Part shown: positions 1-10,108 of the stretch, in pieces
How positions within the stretch are numbered: the first letter of the stretch is position 1
How the letters are laid out: every line of letters starts with the position of its first letter
Virus record (IMG/VR): IMGVR_UViG_3300045145_000042
Coordinates: 1-46,978 of that record
DNA from: a virus
Lineage: Duplodnaviria; Caudoviricetes
Strand: one strand, 5' to 3'
Length of the DNA: 46,978 nt
Position numbers and translations under genes: made by a program
The notes under the pieces: generated by a model
Told to the model about the DNA's origin: nothing
Database searches by the model: none
Seen by the model: the letters and a program-made list of their open reading frames with translations, nothing else

Positions 1-937
1 CCGGCGACATCTGAAAAGTTCCGTAGCCGCTTGAAATGTTGACAGTAATGAAAATGGTCTTACCTGTTGTGTTTTGGAAAACAGTATTGGCAGGGCGGCT
101 AACGGACTGCCAAACTTGGCCATTCCCAAAGAACTGTTTTTGCATGGCATCAAGCTTTGCCTGCATTAGGCTTTCCAAATCAGAAATAGACGTGGCCACC
201 CCCTGAATATCTCGTGTCAGGTTAGCAAGATCAATTGAGCCTGTATCGACCTTAGCAGGATAAGCTTTCACCCAATAGGTAAACGTGCGGTTGATTGGAC
301 GGGTTTCGCTTGCTGTGCGTGTATTAGTAAGTAAGCTTGAAATTCCAATATACGACTCATTATTCGCAGCTGGATTTGTACTCGCATTTCTGTAGCGTGG
401 GTTTGACGCAATGTCCCCACTATTAGGGACACCATTACCCCCCATAAGACCTCTGGCATCAATCGTTGCAGCCACAGATCCACCTGATCCAAGTATTGGA
501 TGCCCATGATCTTGCAAAGCATCCTGCTGCACAGTACCAAATATACGACCAGCATCAACCAACTGACCCGGACGCCAGCCTCGAGCGATATACCCGCCCA
601 TATCAGGGGTTAGCGGATCGCCAGCGGCATTCCGCTCCCAACCCGCAGCAATACCATGAGCACGCAGCTCTGGATATGTTGCAGTCACGGGTGCGCCATT
701 CATGAGCAGGCAGCCCGGAGGAACAATCTTGTCATCAGAAGCCATCATAATGATAGAGCCGATAGGCGCCGTAGCTGGCAGGTCATCATCATTTGTAAAT
801 GCCCTGACAACACCGCCAACCAGCATGTAGATTTTACCATCTGCTGTGTTGATAATGAGCTGTCCGGTATCGCTCCCGAAGTCTGCGACTGTTGGCACCT
901 TCCCAACTACAGAGCTTCGCTTTTGCTGGTACGCCAT
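1..937 (-). CDS. Tail fibre / tail-collar domain protein, N-terminal part (runs off window start; absent from ORF track)
   Basis: Manual translation from ATG 937 (RBS GGAGG): MAYQQKRSSVVGKVP...APIGSIIMM...PPGCLLMNGA...YPEL...GRIFGTVQQDALQDHGH...ETRPINRTF...GQVWQSVSRPANTVFQNTTGK, with tail collar motifs; open to base 2. Confidence 0.88.
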   Translation of the reverse strand, partial: MAYQQKRSSVVGKVPTVADFGSDTGQLIINTADGKIYMLVGGVVRAFTNDDDLPATAPIGSIIMMASDDKIVPPGCLLMNGAPVTATYPELRAHGIAAGWERNAAGDPLTPDMGGYIARGWRPGQLVDAGRIFGTVQQDALQDHGHPILGSGGSVAATIDARGLMGGNGVPNSGDIASNPRYRNASTNPAANNESYIGISSLLTNTRTASETRPINRTFTYWVKAYPAKVDTGSIDLANLTRDIQGVATSISDLESLMQAKLDAMQKQFFGNGQVWQSVSRPANTVFQNTTGKTIFITVNISSGYGTFQMSP

Positions 938-998
938 CAGTGACCGCCTCCGAGATTAAATGATTGCGGGTGGCAAATCTCATGCCACCCTAACACTG

Positions 999-1514
999 TT
1001 AGTAAGTCCCACCGTCCCGCAGAGAGGCTATGGTGACACCTGAGTTTTTAAGCTGCTTCCCTGTCGTGCTTTGGAATACCGGAACTTCGCCATCGACTGA
1101 CGATGCAGCTCCGGCGATGAATGTATTCAAAACAGGCTGCAGCCCTCTGACATCTGCGATGTCGTGAAGGTGTGCTCCAAGAACCGACAGGGCAGAGCGG
1201 AAGACATAGCCATCCGCTCCTTTTGTCATGATGTAGTTGATCATCGCTTCCTGAGCGCCGATAACGTCCGTCAACTCAGTGAGCTTAAACGTCCGGCTTT
1301 TCAGCATCTTGTCATCGAGCGTCTGCTGAAGATTGGTGATCTTGCTGATTGCAATCTCATCATCGCTGTTGAGTTTCTTAACGATCTCTTGAGCGAGACG
1401 GAAGAGAACATCATCAACCACTTCGAACGCCTGAATAAGCACGAACACTTCATCAGAGACGTTCTTTTCAGGATCAACCTGCGGGATGTCATAGTGTGTT
1501 GTTGTGTCCGCCAT
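999..1514 (-). CDS. Tail-fibre-associated structural protein
   Basis: 171 aa; HLHDIADVRGL tail-repeat-like motif; lies between DUF4815 and the fibre gene. Confidence 0.6.
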   Translation of the reverse strand: MADTTTHYDIPQVDPEKNVSDEVFVLIQAFEVVDDVLFRLAQEIVKKLNSDDEIAISKITNLQQTLDDKMLKSRTFKLTELTDVIGAQEAMINYIMTKGADGYVFRSALSVLGAHLHDIADVRGLQPVLNTFIAGAASSVDGEVPVFQSTTGKQLKNSGVTIASLRDGGTY

Positions 1515-4500
1515 TAGAAGATCCCTGCTCCAAAGTCACCGGCTGCAATCCGCGAAGATGGCCCACCGGTTGCGATGATTTTCAATCGGATGTTTTGACC
1601 CGATAGGTTAGAGGCTTGGAACTTCTGCTCTGACCACATAGGGAACGCCAACTGCTCGACTTCGGCCACTGGCAACGAGACGAATGCCCCACCTTCGATG
1701 GAGTATTCCATCTTGAATGTTGCCCCGCCCGGAATGAACGTCTTGAGATATGCCGACACGCGCACATTTGTTCCCAGCGCCATAGCGCGTGAAACATATG
1801 TTGCCTCCGTTTTGATTGTACCTGAGATCAACTCAATTGGCGCGAACAGGATAGGAGACAGCTTGCTTGTTCCAGTGAGGATAGCCCGAAGCTTTACAGT
1901 CTCCGTGATATACTCTGTCAGCTCAAGAAGCTGGTATGGCAGCAGCTTATAGATCGTTCCGTTTGTACGCTCGACCTCAAACACAACCGAACATGCCGGT
2001 GAAGGCAGCTCAACCACAGCTCTGATCTGGAGATCAGAACACTGATCGAGATCGATAGTGCCGAGATCAACAGTCTTTGTCGTGGATGTGTACTTCGCAG
2101 CGATGAGGCGGAACGTAAGAGCTTCATCCTGATGAGCAGACCATGTTTCAGCGTTCACACTGGAGAAGCGTGGGCCAATAACATATGGGTGAGATGACAC
2201 AAACTTCTGCTGATCCTGATCGAACTCACCGAGCTTTGCGAGTGAAACCGAATGCTCATTGTCATCGGTCTTAATCACGAAAGCGAACTTCCGGTCAGAC
2301 TGCGTGGTCACTGGCAGACGGTATCTGGCATGTTTCCATCCCTCCACCGCACCGACCATGCTGACTGTAGATTGAGCCATGACTTCCGTTGTTGGGTAGC
2401 CATTATCAATCGTTACCTGCTCAATCAGAAGGCCTTTGTTTTGGTCTCCGATCTGACAAAGATGGAAGTCCACACCGATCATTTGCCGCGGCTCCGGCAC
2501 AGCAAACATTTGCGCCTGCGGGTCAGCATCAACAAATGTCCATGTCCGGATTGTTGTCACACGACGCATAACGTCAATGTTGATCGTTCCCATGCCGGTG
2601 AAGAACGCATTGGCCTGTGAGCCGCCACGCCCCTCTGCAGAGATTGTCTTCGTCCCAGCTGTTACGTTTGCCGGAATCGTGAATGTCCCTTGGATGCGTC
2701 CATCAACATCAGCGGTTAACCCTCCTGCCGGTAGAACCGAGATCGCATCGAAAGTCAGGAGGTCAAGAATCTCTCCTGCGCCGAACCCAGAGATATTGAA
2801 CTCGACGGGGATTTCACGAAGGAACTCTGCCTGCTCGCTGCGCTGATCGATAAGCTTATTCTCTTCGGTTGTTACCCGCAGAGGAGTTCGCCTGTTCGAT
2901 GTCTGCCCCATATTGAGATTAATCGTCTCAGGGGAGAGCCATTCAGTTTGCTGCACTGTCCAGAAGTCCACAGCAGGATCAATGTCCATTGTTCCCGGCA
3001 GTTGCGTGAAGTTGGCATATGGGTTGATCTTGGTGCAGGCCGTCTTAAGATCCTGCACCGCGATAACTTCTTCTGTGAAATCCAGTGTGACCGGATTAAA
3101 CATCTGAACACGATGCACAGTCGGCACAATCGCCAGCTGGAAAATTCCGTTCCCCACTGCTGCCGACTGTTCGATGCCAGCATCACGCATGGTATCGTTT
3201 TCAAACGCATCAACGAACATTCCCTTCTTAGCCACAGGCTCACGGGAATCGATGTCATTCTTGAGCCGCTCCTGCTGCACTAGGCGATCCATATCAATGA
3301 TACGATTGAAGTAGCGCCAGATCTCTCCATACGGAACTGAACGGATGGCGTCATTCTCGACAACAGGACGTTCAATCCAGTTATTCGAAACCGTTGCCAA
3401 CTGCAAAACATCCGAAGGAACGATAGGTGGAACAGGGTTCGCACGGGCAGAGACGCCCTTGATGTAAACCGCAGATCCATCCTCTCTCAACCCGATGCGA
3501 TCAATGCGAGGCAGGCGAGTTGTGTAGGCAACGATTACGTCACCACCTGTCGCTCCACCTGAAACAGTGATCTCATCATGAGTGTAGCTATTCGCCTGAA
3601 TGATCGTCCGATACCGGTAGGTACATTCATATGACGTTCCGACCGTAGGTTCATTGCCGGGTAAACCCCAATCGACAGCATCGCCCATTCTCTGATAATC
3701 AACACCCTGAGTATATCCGGGAATGTTCATGATCTGAGTGACCGATGAGTCAGGAAGACCATCCACGCCATTGGCAATGGAACCGCGAGTAACCATTACG
3801 GTTTTCTCTTTGGTGATCAGGATGGAGTTAATCATACTGATCGGCGGCTGGTTAACCTTGAATGTGTATGAGGCTCCGCCCGGATAGGTGTGCGTCTCTC
3901 CCGGCACTGCCCCTTCATCCCAGATCTCTTGTTCTGACAAACGAATGGCAGCATGACGAGTGCGCTTGAAGCCGGAGATGTTTGCCTCTCCCTGTTCAAT
4001 CGAGAACTCCTGCCCACCAGCATTCGCGCCAAGACCCGTCACGCGGCAGCCTTCCACGACATAGTGACCATGAGGCCGGTCATAGATAGCAAGCTGCTGC
4101 ATAACCGGTTCCAGCATTGATGGCCCGGTCTGATCAAGGATGGTGCCGTCCTGAATGACGTACACCGCACTGAAGGCACCTTCCGTCTCATCATAGGGGA
4201 GCGCCCATGCGATTGATTGAATCGTTCGCGCCGCGCCCGGCTCTCCTTCAGCCGCAGTACCTGGAACGAGGCCAAGCAATGTCGGGTCGTCTTCTGAAGT
4301 GAGATGGCGTGTCTTCATCTTCACACCAACTTCCAGACGGCCGGTCAGCGGGATGTTATGGATCACAGCCTCACCGACAGGGAAGACATCACCGGCAACA
4401 TAAATGCTGCCAGCAGTCAGCGTGATTGTGCGAGCATCAAGATCGATGAACGCTTCAGCATGCGCGATACGATCACCATCCTTTGCAACAAGGCGAGACA

Positions 4501-4657
4501 CACGATCATGAACACCACGCTGGATAGTCTGCATTTCATTAAGTTCGGCGGCCTGAATGAAAGGACGGTCGCCATAGAACACAAGTCCCTTCCACTCGGA
4601 TTTACCAGCAGCGCGGTCATGTGCATGCGGCAAGCCGCTTTTGTGCTCAAAAGCCAT
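1514..4657 (-). CDS. DUF4815-family baseplate/tail structural protein
   Basis: 1047 aa; N-terminal RPFIQAAELNEMQ motif typical of DUF4815; coupled to flanking genes. Confidence 0.75.
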   Translation of the reverse strand: MAFEHKSGLPHAHDRAAGKSEWKGLVFYGDRPFIQAAELNEMQTIQRGVHDRVSRLVAKDGDRIAHAEAFIDLDARTITLTAGSIYVAGDVFPVGEAVIHNIPLTGRLEVGVKMKTRHLTSEDDPTLLGLVPGTAAEGEPGAARTIQSIAWALPYDETEGAFSAVYVIQDGTILDQTGPSMLEPVMQQLAIYDRPHGHYVVEGCRVTGLGANAGGQEFSIEQGEANISGFKRTRHAAIRLSEQEIWDEGAVPGETHTYPGGASYTFKVNQPPISMINSILITKEKTVMVTRGSIANGVDGLPDSSVTQIMNIPGYTQGVDYQRMGDAVDWGLPGNEPTVGTSYECTYRYRTIIQANSYTHDEITVSGGATGGDVIVAYTTRLPRIDRIGLREDGSAVYIKGVSARANPVPPIVPSDVLQLATVSNNWIERPVVENDAIRSVPYGEIWRYFNRIIDMDRLVQQERLKNDIDSREPVAKKGMFVDAFENDTMRDAGIEQSAAVGNGIFQLAIVPTVHRVQMFNPVTLDFTEEVIAVQDLKTACTKINPYANFTQLPGTMDIDPAVDFWTVQQTEWLSPETINLNMGQTSNRRTPLRVTTEENKLIDQRSEQAEFLREIPVEFNISGFGAGEILDLLTFDAISVLPAGGLTADVDGRIQGTFTIPANVTAGTKTISAEGRGGSQANAFFTGMGTINIDVMRRVTTIRTWTFVDADPQAQMFAVPEPRQMIGVDFHLCQIGDQNKGLLIEQVTIDNGYPTTEVMAQSTVSMVGAVEGWKHARYRLPVTTQSDRKFAFVIKTDDNEHSVSLAKLGEFDQDQQKFVSSHPYVIGPRFSSVNAETWSAHQDEALTFRLIAAKYTSTTKTVDLGTIDLDQCSDLQIRAVVELPSPACSVVFEVERTNGTIYKLLPYQLLELTEYITETVKLRAILTGTSKLSPILFAPIELISGTIKTEATYVSRAMALGTNVRVSAYLKTFIPGGATFKMEYSIEGGAFVSLPVAEVEQLAFPMWSEQKFQASNLSGQNIRLKIIATGGPSSRIAAGDFGAGIF

Positions 4658-5775
4658 TAAAACCTCACAAGAAACTTGACCTGCTCACGAACCGTTGTGC
4701 GCAAGGGGATTGATACAGGAGTGCTGACGATCTCCGTTCCGCCGACAAGCTCATCAGGCTCAAGCCACAGCTTGCCGGGCTTAACACCTGACGCTCTCTC
4801 AGCTCCGACGATGATGGAGACATTTGCTGCATTGACCCCGTTCTGATCGCCAAAGTCGGTCATTGCCTCGACATAAAGCATGGTGCCGCCAATGAATGAC
4901 TCATAGTGGTTCCCTGCCACAGTGTATGAGGCCGATGCCCTCTGCCTTGCGGCATGGGATGCCCTGCACATGCGATAGCCAATTGTCTGGCCGTCTCTGT
5001 CAGCGAACCGGACATGCATGCTCTTGCCTGCGAACCACCCAGCCATCAGGATCTGTCTTTGAACAGTCGGCAGGGAAACCCACGGGAATGTCGCTGCAAG
5101 CCACGGATATGTCATCTGGAGGAATGTTAGAGATTCATCCTCAATCGGAGCAATCCAGTTGCCGAGCGCCAGTCCTTCCGCTTCTGTCAGGGTGTGTTCA
5201 ATTTCTTGAACCCTGCCAAAAGACCAGATCGGACCATCAGGCTCCAGCGCCACGCCACTCTCCCGCTCCAGCATGGTGCAGTTAAGCCGAGTGCAGTCAC
5301 CAATCAGAGGCCCGACATCATAGAGATGTACGCCTCTGCGGAAGCGTGATCGCAATGGAGTTGAGATTTCAGCGATACGCTCGATGCGCTCAAGGTCAGG
5401 ATGATCGGCTGCTGGCAAATCTCGGAACCGGAGCTGGAAGGTATTCCACTTCTTTCGGCCTACCCACTCTTCTTCGATCGCAGCGCGATAGCCGATCCAG
5501 CGAAGCGCCATGTGAACCGCTTCTGGCGTGCCAATAAGACGACGCCATTTCACGCCTTCAGTGATGACCTCCCGACGGATCGGGAAGAACTCTTCGATTT
5601 CTTCTAGCCCATATTCCTGAATTAGATACGGGATTACAGAGTTATTGGGGTCAAACTTGAACCCCTTTAATGCGACGATACCGGCACCAATCTCCGGCAT
5701 TCTGTCCATAACCTGAGATAAGGTAATTTCCAGCGCCGTCGCATTACTTGGAAGTAATGCTTGCCGGTTTGTCAT
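4657..5775 (-). CDS. Phage tail/baseplate protein I (P2 gpI-like)
   Basis: LLPSNATALE N-terminus and IGTPEAVHMAL motif; follows baseplate J. Confidence 0.8.
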   Translation of the reverse strand: MTNRQALLPSNATALEITLSQVMDRMPEIGAGIVALKGFKFDPNNSVIPYLIQEYGLEEIEEFFPIRREVITEGVKWRRLIGTPEAVHMALRWIGYRAAIEEEWVGRKKWNTFQLRFRDLPAADHPDLERIERIAEISTPLRSRFRRGVHLYDVGPLIGDCTRLNCTMLERESGVALEPDGPIWSFGRVQEIEHTLTEAEGLALGNWIAPIEDESLTFLQMTYPWLAATFPWVSLPTVQRQILMAGWFAGKSMHVRFADRDGQTIGYRMCRASHAARQRASASYTVAGNHYESFIGGTMLYVEAMTDFGDQNGVNAANVSIIVGAERASGVKPGKLWLEPDELVGGTEIVSTPVSIPLRTTVREQVKFLVRF

Positions 5776-6617
5776 TAATAATCATAACCTTTGAAGTTCA
5801 GCTTTATATCGCCGAGAGATATCGCGACACCATGATCTGCAATTAGGGTTGATTGCGGAGTGATCACCCTCACTCGCTTTACGCCTGTTACGTGTAGTCT
5901 TGCTTCTACCCATGACGGCTCTAAGTCAAAGCCAACTCCTGCCTCAACAAACCACGCTGCACGTAATGTTTCAGGCAAGATATCGATAATAGCAGTTGTT
6001 GCATTCGGCAGGAGCCAAATGTCTGCCTCAATGTCTGTCGAAGAACTGACAGCAGCCTCAACTATTAGAGTATCATTCACCAGACGTACCTGATCACTCA
6101 TCACAACGGCCTCTACAGCGTCGAGCATTTGTTTATCTGGGATGCCACCGTTTTCTTTGGATAGAACGGCTATGTGGATAATAGGTAGAAGTCGTTCACG
6201 GTACACGACGACTGACTTCACACGAACATCAGCACGACGGGCAGCAGCAGCATACCAATGTGCTGATCCACCAGTGGATCGGCCTTTTACTTCTATATGT
6301 AAGCGGTCACGGAAGTCCTCATCCTCTTCACCCTCCATACGGTCGACACCGTAAAATACTGCAAGGTGATTTAGATCGTTTCCGGTCGCGAATGCTAAAA
6401 GATTGCCTTTAGCCGCATCATTGATGCGAGCGCGAAGAAGGACTTCACGATAAGAGGCGACTTGCATCAATTTATTAGCGAGTGCGCTTTCCAATTGAAG
6501 AACGGGTTCTATTTCTGGAAAAAGCTCAATTAGCTCAGTTTGGAGGTCAACGAGAATATTTTCATAATCTATAGCTTCAATGACTTCAGGCTGCCCGATA
6601 TTGGTAAGATTAATCAT
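5775..6617 (-). CDS. Baseplate assembly protein J
   Basis: AYREVLLRARINDAA, LAFATGNDLNHL and GRSTGGS motifs of P2 gpJ. Confidence 0.9.
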   Translation of the reverse strand: MINLTNIGQPEVIEAIDYENILVDLQTELIELFPEIEPVLQLESALANKLMQVASYREVLLRARINDAAKGNLLAFATGNDLNHLAVFYGVDRMEGEEDEDFRDRLHIEVKGRSTGGSAHWYAAAARRADVRVKSVVVYRERLLPIIHIAVLSKENGGIPDKQMLDAVEAVVMSDQVRLVNDTLIVEAAVSSSTDIEADIWLLPNATTAIIDILPETLRAAWFVEAGVGFDLEPSWVEARLHVTGVKRVRVITPQSTLIADHGVAISLGDIKLNFKGYDY

Positions 6618-7021
6618 GAAATAACCAACCCTTTGCCAATTGCACCGTTAGCGGTTATGCGCTTCGCACCGGCCGATGTATAGTTTCCGATTAATGCAAG
6701 AGGGCGATAATCGCCGTCAATCTGCACCTGAAATTTGCCGTCTCGGCCAACTGAGAGAGGCATTATTTTTGTGATCTTAAAACGCGGCTCCCATTGGTCG
6801 ATTGCCGATGTGATAGCTGCGAAAAAATTGACGATTGTATCGTGCGTTATATTCTCACCGAGCAGTTTAGGAACGAGTGAACCGTACCACTCGCGCATAA
6901 TCCGTTCGCCGAAATAGGTCGAAAAGATATCGCCGATGCACTGCTCAACATGCGCCCAGCCGACGATTAATTCGCCGGTTACTCGGTTGAGATCGACGCC
7001 AAGGGCTGCGTTTCTTTCCAT
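6614..7021 (-). CDS. Baseplate wedge protein W / gp25 family
   Basis: HVEQCIGDIFSTYFGERIMREWYGS...WEPR signature. Confidence 0.88.
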   Translation of the reverse strand: MERNAALGVDLNRVTGELIVGWAHVEQCIGDIFSTYFGERIMREWYGSLVPKLLGENITHDTIVNFFAAITSAIDQWEPRFKITKIMPLSVGRDGKFQVQIDGDYRPLALIGNYTSAGAKRITANGAIGKGLVIS

Positions 7022-7236
7022 GCCGGTGCCTCCAAGGTTTCTCCGGCTTTACGCCGCTTTGTCTTTTTCTCTGGGAGAGCCTCGGCCTCAGCACCATCGC
7101 GAGCGAGAACAATAGTTCCGAGAGCCAGTTCATAGGCTGCCTGATTGTCCGAAAGCACTATCCGGCCGCTATCCGGCTTGCGCTGGCCTACGACGTAGCG
7201 ACCGGCGCGCTCGGTGACGAGATAAGTCTTTTTCAT
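6979..7236 (-). CDS. Small hypothetical virion-region protein
   Basis: Likely ATG 7236 after GAGG RBS (MKKTYLVTERAG); sits between V and W. Confidence 0.55.
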   Translation of the reverse strand: MKKTYLVTERAGRYVVGQRKPDSGRIVLSDNQAAYELALGTIVLARDGAEAEALPEKKTKRRKAGETLEAPAWKETQPLASISTE

Positions 7237-7246
7237 CGCTGCCTCT

Positions 7247-7831
7247 TTAATTCGATGGGACGGCAGTGTTAGAGCCGCCCGGAGAAACGCCGCCATGTAC
7301 GTGATCGGAACCTATGTTCTTTTCATCGTGCTTGACCGTTCCTCCCTTCGTTTCAACGCCATTACCGCTAATCGCATGAGTGATACCGCCGACTGTAAAG
7401 AAAGCCCCATCTGCGGTCAGCGATACGATGAAACCGCCGACGGTTATGCGCAACTCATCGCCGCGAAGTTCAATTCTGAAATTGCCAAATGTCAGGACGT
7501 TTTCATCGCCTTTCTCACTCGGCGACTTATTGCTGTCGCTCCATGTCATAGGCAGCGCAAGACCTTGGCGAAAATCTCCTGATCCGTTCAAGACCGTCAT
7601 TTGCTGCCCCTTTGACGGAGGAGCGTGAACCTTTAGAGCGCCCGCCGTTTGAGCATACGGGATCGGAGGGGAGAGAAACGGTTCCTCGTCCGTCCCGCCA
7701 ATGCGGAGACGGACGGTACCACCTTTCGGTTCAACCTCGTGAACGGTTCCCTGCGAAACCATGCCGTCGAAACGCCGCTCGATCTCTGCCGTTCGGCGGA
7801 GCAGATCGGCAAGGAATTGATCAAGCCTCAT
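7247..7831 (-). CDS. Baseplate assembly protein V (central spike)
   Basis: OB-fold GTVHEV...PPSKGQQ, C-terminal HVHGGV metal-binding tip. Confidence 0.88.
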   Translation of the reverse strand: MRLDQFLADLLRRTAEIERRFDGMVSQGTVHEVEPKGGTVRLRIGGTDEEPFLSPPIPYAQTAGALKVHAPPSKGQQMTVLNGSGDFRQGLALPMTWSDSNKSPSEKGDENVLTFGNFRIELRGDELRITVGGFIVSLTADGAFFTVGGITHAISGNGVETKGGTVKHDEKNIGSDHVHGGVSPGGSNTAVPSN

Positions 7832-8628
7832 TTCTCCGCCCCGTCAATTTCGTTTGCCCGCCGCTCATCAATCGTAAACTCGTCTGTAAGGTCAATGGCA
7901 GAGAGAGGGACAATTTCGTCGATTTTAATTGGGTTTGTGCCGATAATCTCAGCAACGTCGTCGGCGATGCCGAGGTGCCCGCGAGCGATCTCCCACGGCA
8001 TATAGTCGCCGCCTGTGATTTCGGCTTCGATAAGCTTCGCGACACCGGCATAGTCGGCGTCGCCCTTCATGGCGGTTAGTATCTTTTCCCATGCGCCACC
8101 CTCACACGGGGTCTCTCCCGGCGTCGGTTCGTCTATGTGATCAAGAGAATAGATATATTGCCGCGCAGCATAACGGACGCCGTTTTCCTCGTCTGCGCCG
8201 CGTCGGCTTGAAATCGAATGAACATTCGTCACAAGGGTGCGCCAAATATTTCCCCAATTCCCACCGTCTGCGGAAAGAGCTTTCGCAATCTGCCAGCCGA
8301 TCAGGCCGACGGTTGCCTCAAGCCCTGCATCGCTTGCAGGGATAGTAATAACTTCGGTCTTGTCGCCGTTTTCGACTTCGACCTCGATTTTCTGCGTAAC
8401 GGCGATCTCGATCACAAGCTCAAGCTTATGATTGCCCGCGCGCAAGCTCTTGCCCGTAATGTCGATATTGTCGTCGTCCGTGGTGACGATAATAACCGGC
8501 TTGCTCTCGTTTCTCGCAACGAGATTTACCGGATTAATCTTGCTGTCAAAGACCCGATCCTCGGCGAATGTCCGCCCTTTAAGGGCGCGGATTGTTGCAA
8601 AGCGAACGGCAAGGGCTGTAAGGCTCAT
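7828..8628 (-). CDS. Neck / tail-terminator-like structural protein
   Basis: RVFDS...PVIIVTTDDD pattern and position between head-tail joining gene and gpV. Confidence 0.5.
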   Translation of the reverse strand: MSLTALAVRFATIRALKGRTFAEDRVFDSKINPVNLVARNESKPVIIVTTDDDNIDITGKSLRAGNHKLELVIEIAVTQKIEVEVENGDKTEVITIPASDAGLEATVGLIGWQIAKALSADGGNWGNIWRTLVTNVHSISSRRGADEENGVRYAARQYIYSLDHIDEPTPGETPCEGGAWEKILTAMKGDADYAGVAKLIEAEITGGDYMPWEIARGHLGIADDVAEIIGTNPIKIDEIVPLSAIDLTDEFTIDERRANEIDGAEK

Positions 8629-9038
8629 CGGTTACCATCCAGAACAAGAGAAACAATAATATCGCCACGGTCGGAGCTTGCCGGTGCGCGAGACACTTTG
8701 TAAGGCGGCTCACTCGGCCGCTCAATCATGCGGACGCGATCCCCTTCGCGAAGTTCGTACGAGATTGCGGCATACACTTCGGGGCGGAGCCATATAGCCG
8801 CGTCTCTCTGCGTAAATCGCGTTGTCGTGTTGATCTTCGAGCCTTGCCGCGAGCCGTCGAGAATATCCGTTTTCGGCGTGAGCGCGATGATCGCATAAAC
8901 CTTAACAATTTTGCGGGAGGGGTCGGTGAGGTCAACAGAAAGCTCGCCCTGTATAAGCGGTTCAATCTGTACGACCTCACCAAACTCGCGTTGCACCGCC
9001 CTAAAGGCGGTGCGTGCTGCGAGACTGTTTAAGCGCAT
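8625..9038 (-). CDS. Head-tail joining protein (gpFII-like)
   Basis: Directly downstream of capsid gene; ELREGDRV motif; probable start at 9038. Confidence 0.55.
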   Translation of the reverse strand: MRLNSLAARTAFRAVQREFGEVVQIEPLIQGELSVDLTDPSRKIVKVYAIIALTPKTDILDGSRQGSKINTTTRFTQRDAAIWLRPEVYAAISYELREGDRVRMIERPSEPPYKVSRAPASSDRGDIIVSLVLDGNR

Positions 9039-9043
9039 GGCGA

Positions 9044-10063
9044 TTACCGCTTGCCGCGCAAGAGAACCTTCGGACGCGTGCAATATTGCAGCGCGTTCAT
9101 CTGAGTATCCAGATTAATACCCTTGTCGTTCTGCATACGGTACTGCTTGGTATAGAGACGCTGACCGATTGTATTTACTGTGTCGATGTAATCGGCAGGT
9201 GCAAACGCAGTTTTAAACAGCCCCGGAACACCGGTCGGGAAGAAGTTCGCTTTATCGCTTTCGATGAAGGTTTTTCCCTCAATGATACCGCCGCGATAGT
9301 TTTCCCAGACAATGCCACCAAACTCAAAGATGCCGTAGCTTGAACGGTTCGGGCCGATATAGCCCTCGCGCAGAATTTGAGCTTCCGACCAGCCTTTAAA
9401 GGTTTCGCGAACTTCCGGATGCGAGAGCAGATCATCAAAGAAATCATCACCGACAAAAGAATGAATACCGGTGAACGGTACGCCGCCAAGAATGTCAGAC
9501 ATTTTGCGGACGATTGAAGCGCATTTCTTACGGAGGATACCCTCGGCAGGGTTCGCGGCAGCGAGGGCGAAATCGATCTCGTTTTCCTGCTTAACGCCAA
9601 ACTCGTGAAACAAATTAAGCGTTGTGCCATCCGCATAGGTAACGATACCCTTTACTGCACCGAGGCGGGCATGTTCTTCGGTGACAGCAAAATTAATGAC
9701 GTGGGTTTGTTGGCGCTGACCGACTTTCGTCATAACGGTTTCGAGTGCACGCTCGGTTCCAAAGGCACGAACGCCTTGTACTTCCTCTGCATACACCGCA
9801 TCGTTAATTTCGAAATGCGGGATGATCAGAGAACGCAAATCGCGTTTTTCTTTAGCGATTGTCGTACCCGGCGCACCACGAGGGGTCGGAGGTACGATAG
9901 TCAGAATATCGCCCTTCTTTTCAATGGCGATTGTCGTTGTATCGACGCCGCTACCGGTGAAAAGTCCCATTTCGCCAATGCGGCCCGGCTTGTATTTCAG
10001 TTCATTGATTGCGTCGGTCAGATTGGCAACCGAGAACGCATCGTTATTAAAAATATCCAACAT
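9044..10063 (-). CDS. Major capsid protein (lambda gpE family)
   Basis: LTDAIN...GLF...RGAP...FAPAD...CTRP motifs; ATG 10063 with GGAG RBS. Confidence 0.92.
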   Translation of the reverse strand: MLDIFNNDAFSVANLTDAINELKYKPGRIGEMGLFTGSGVDTTTIAIEKKGDILTIVPPTPRGAPGTTIAKEKRDLRSLIIPHFEINDAVYAEEVQGVRAFGTERALETVMTKVGQRQQTHVINFAVTEEHARLGAVKGIVTYADGTTLNLFHEFGVKQENEIDFALAAANPAEGILRKKCASIVRKMSDILGGVPFTGIHSFVGDDFFDDLLSHPEVRETFKGWSEAQILREGYIGPNRSSYGIFEFGGIVWENYRGGIIEGKTFIESDKANFFPTGVPGLFKTAFAPADYIDTVNTIGQRLYTKQYRMQNDKGINLDTQMNALQYCTRPKVLLRGKR

Positions 10064-10108
10064 CTGCGATGTCTCCAAAAGAAAAAATTACGTCGAGACG
10101 TTGGAGCG

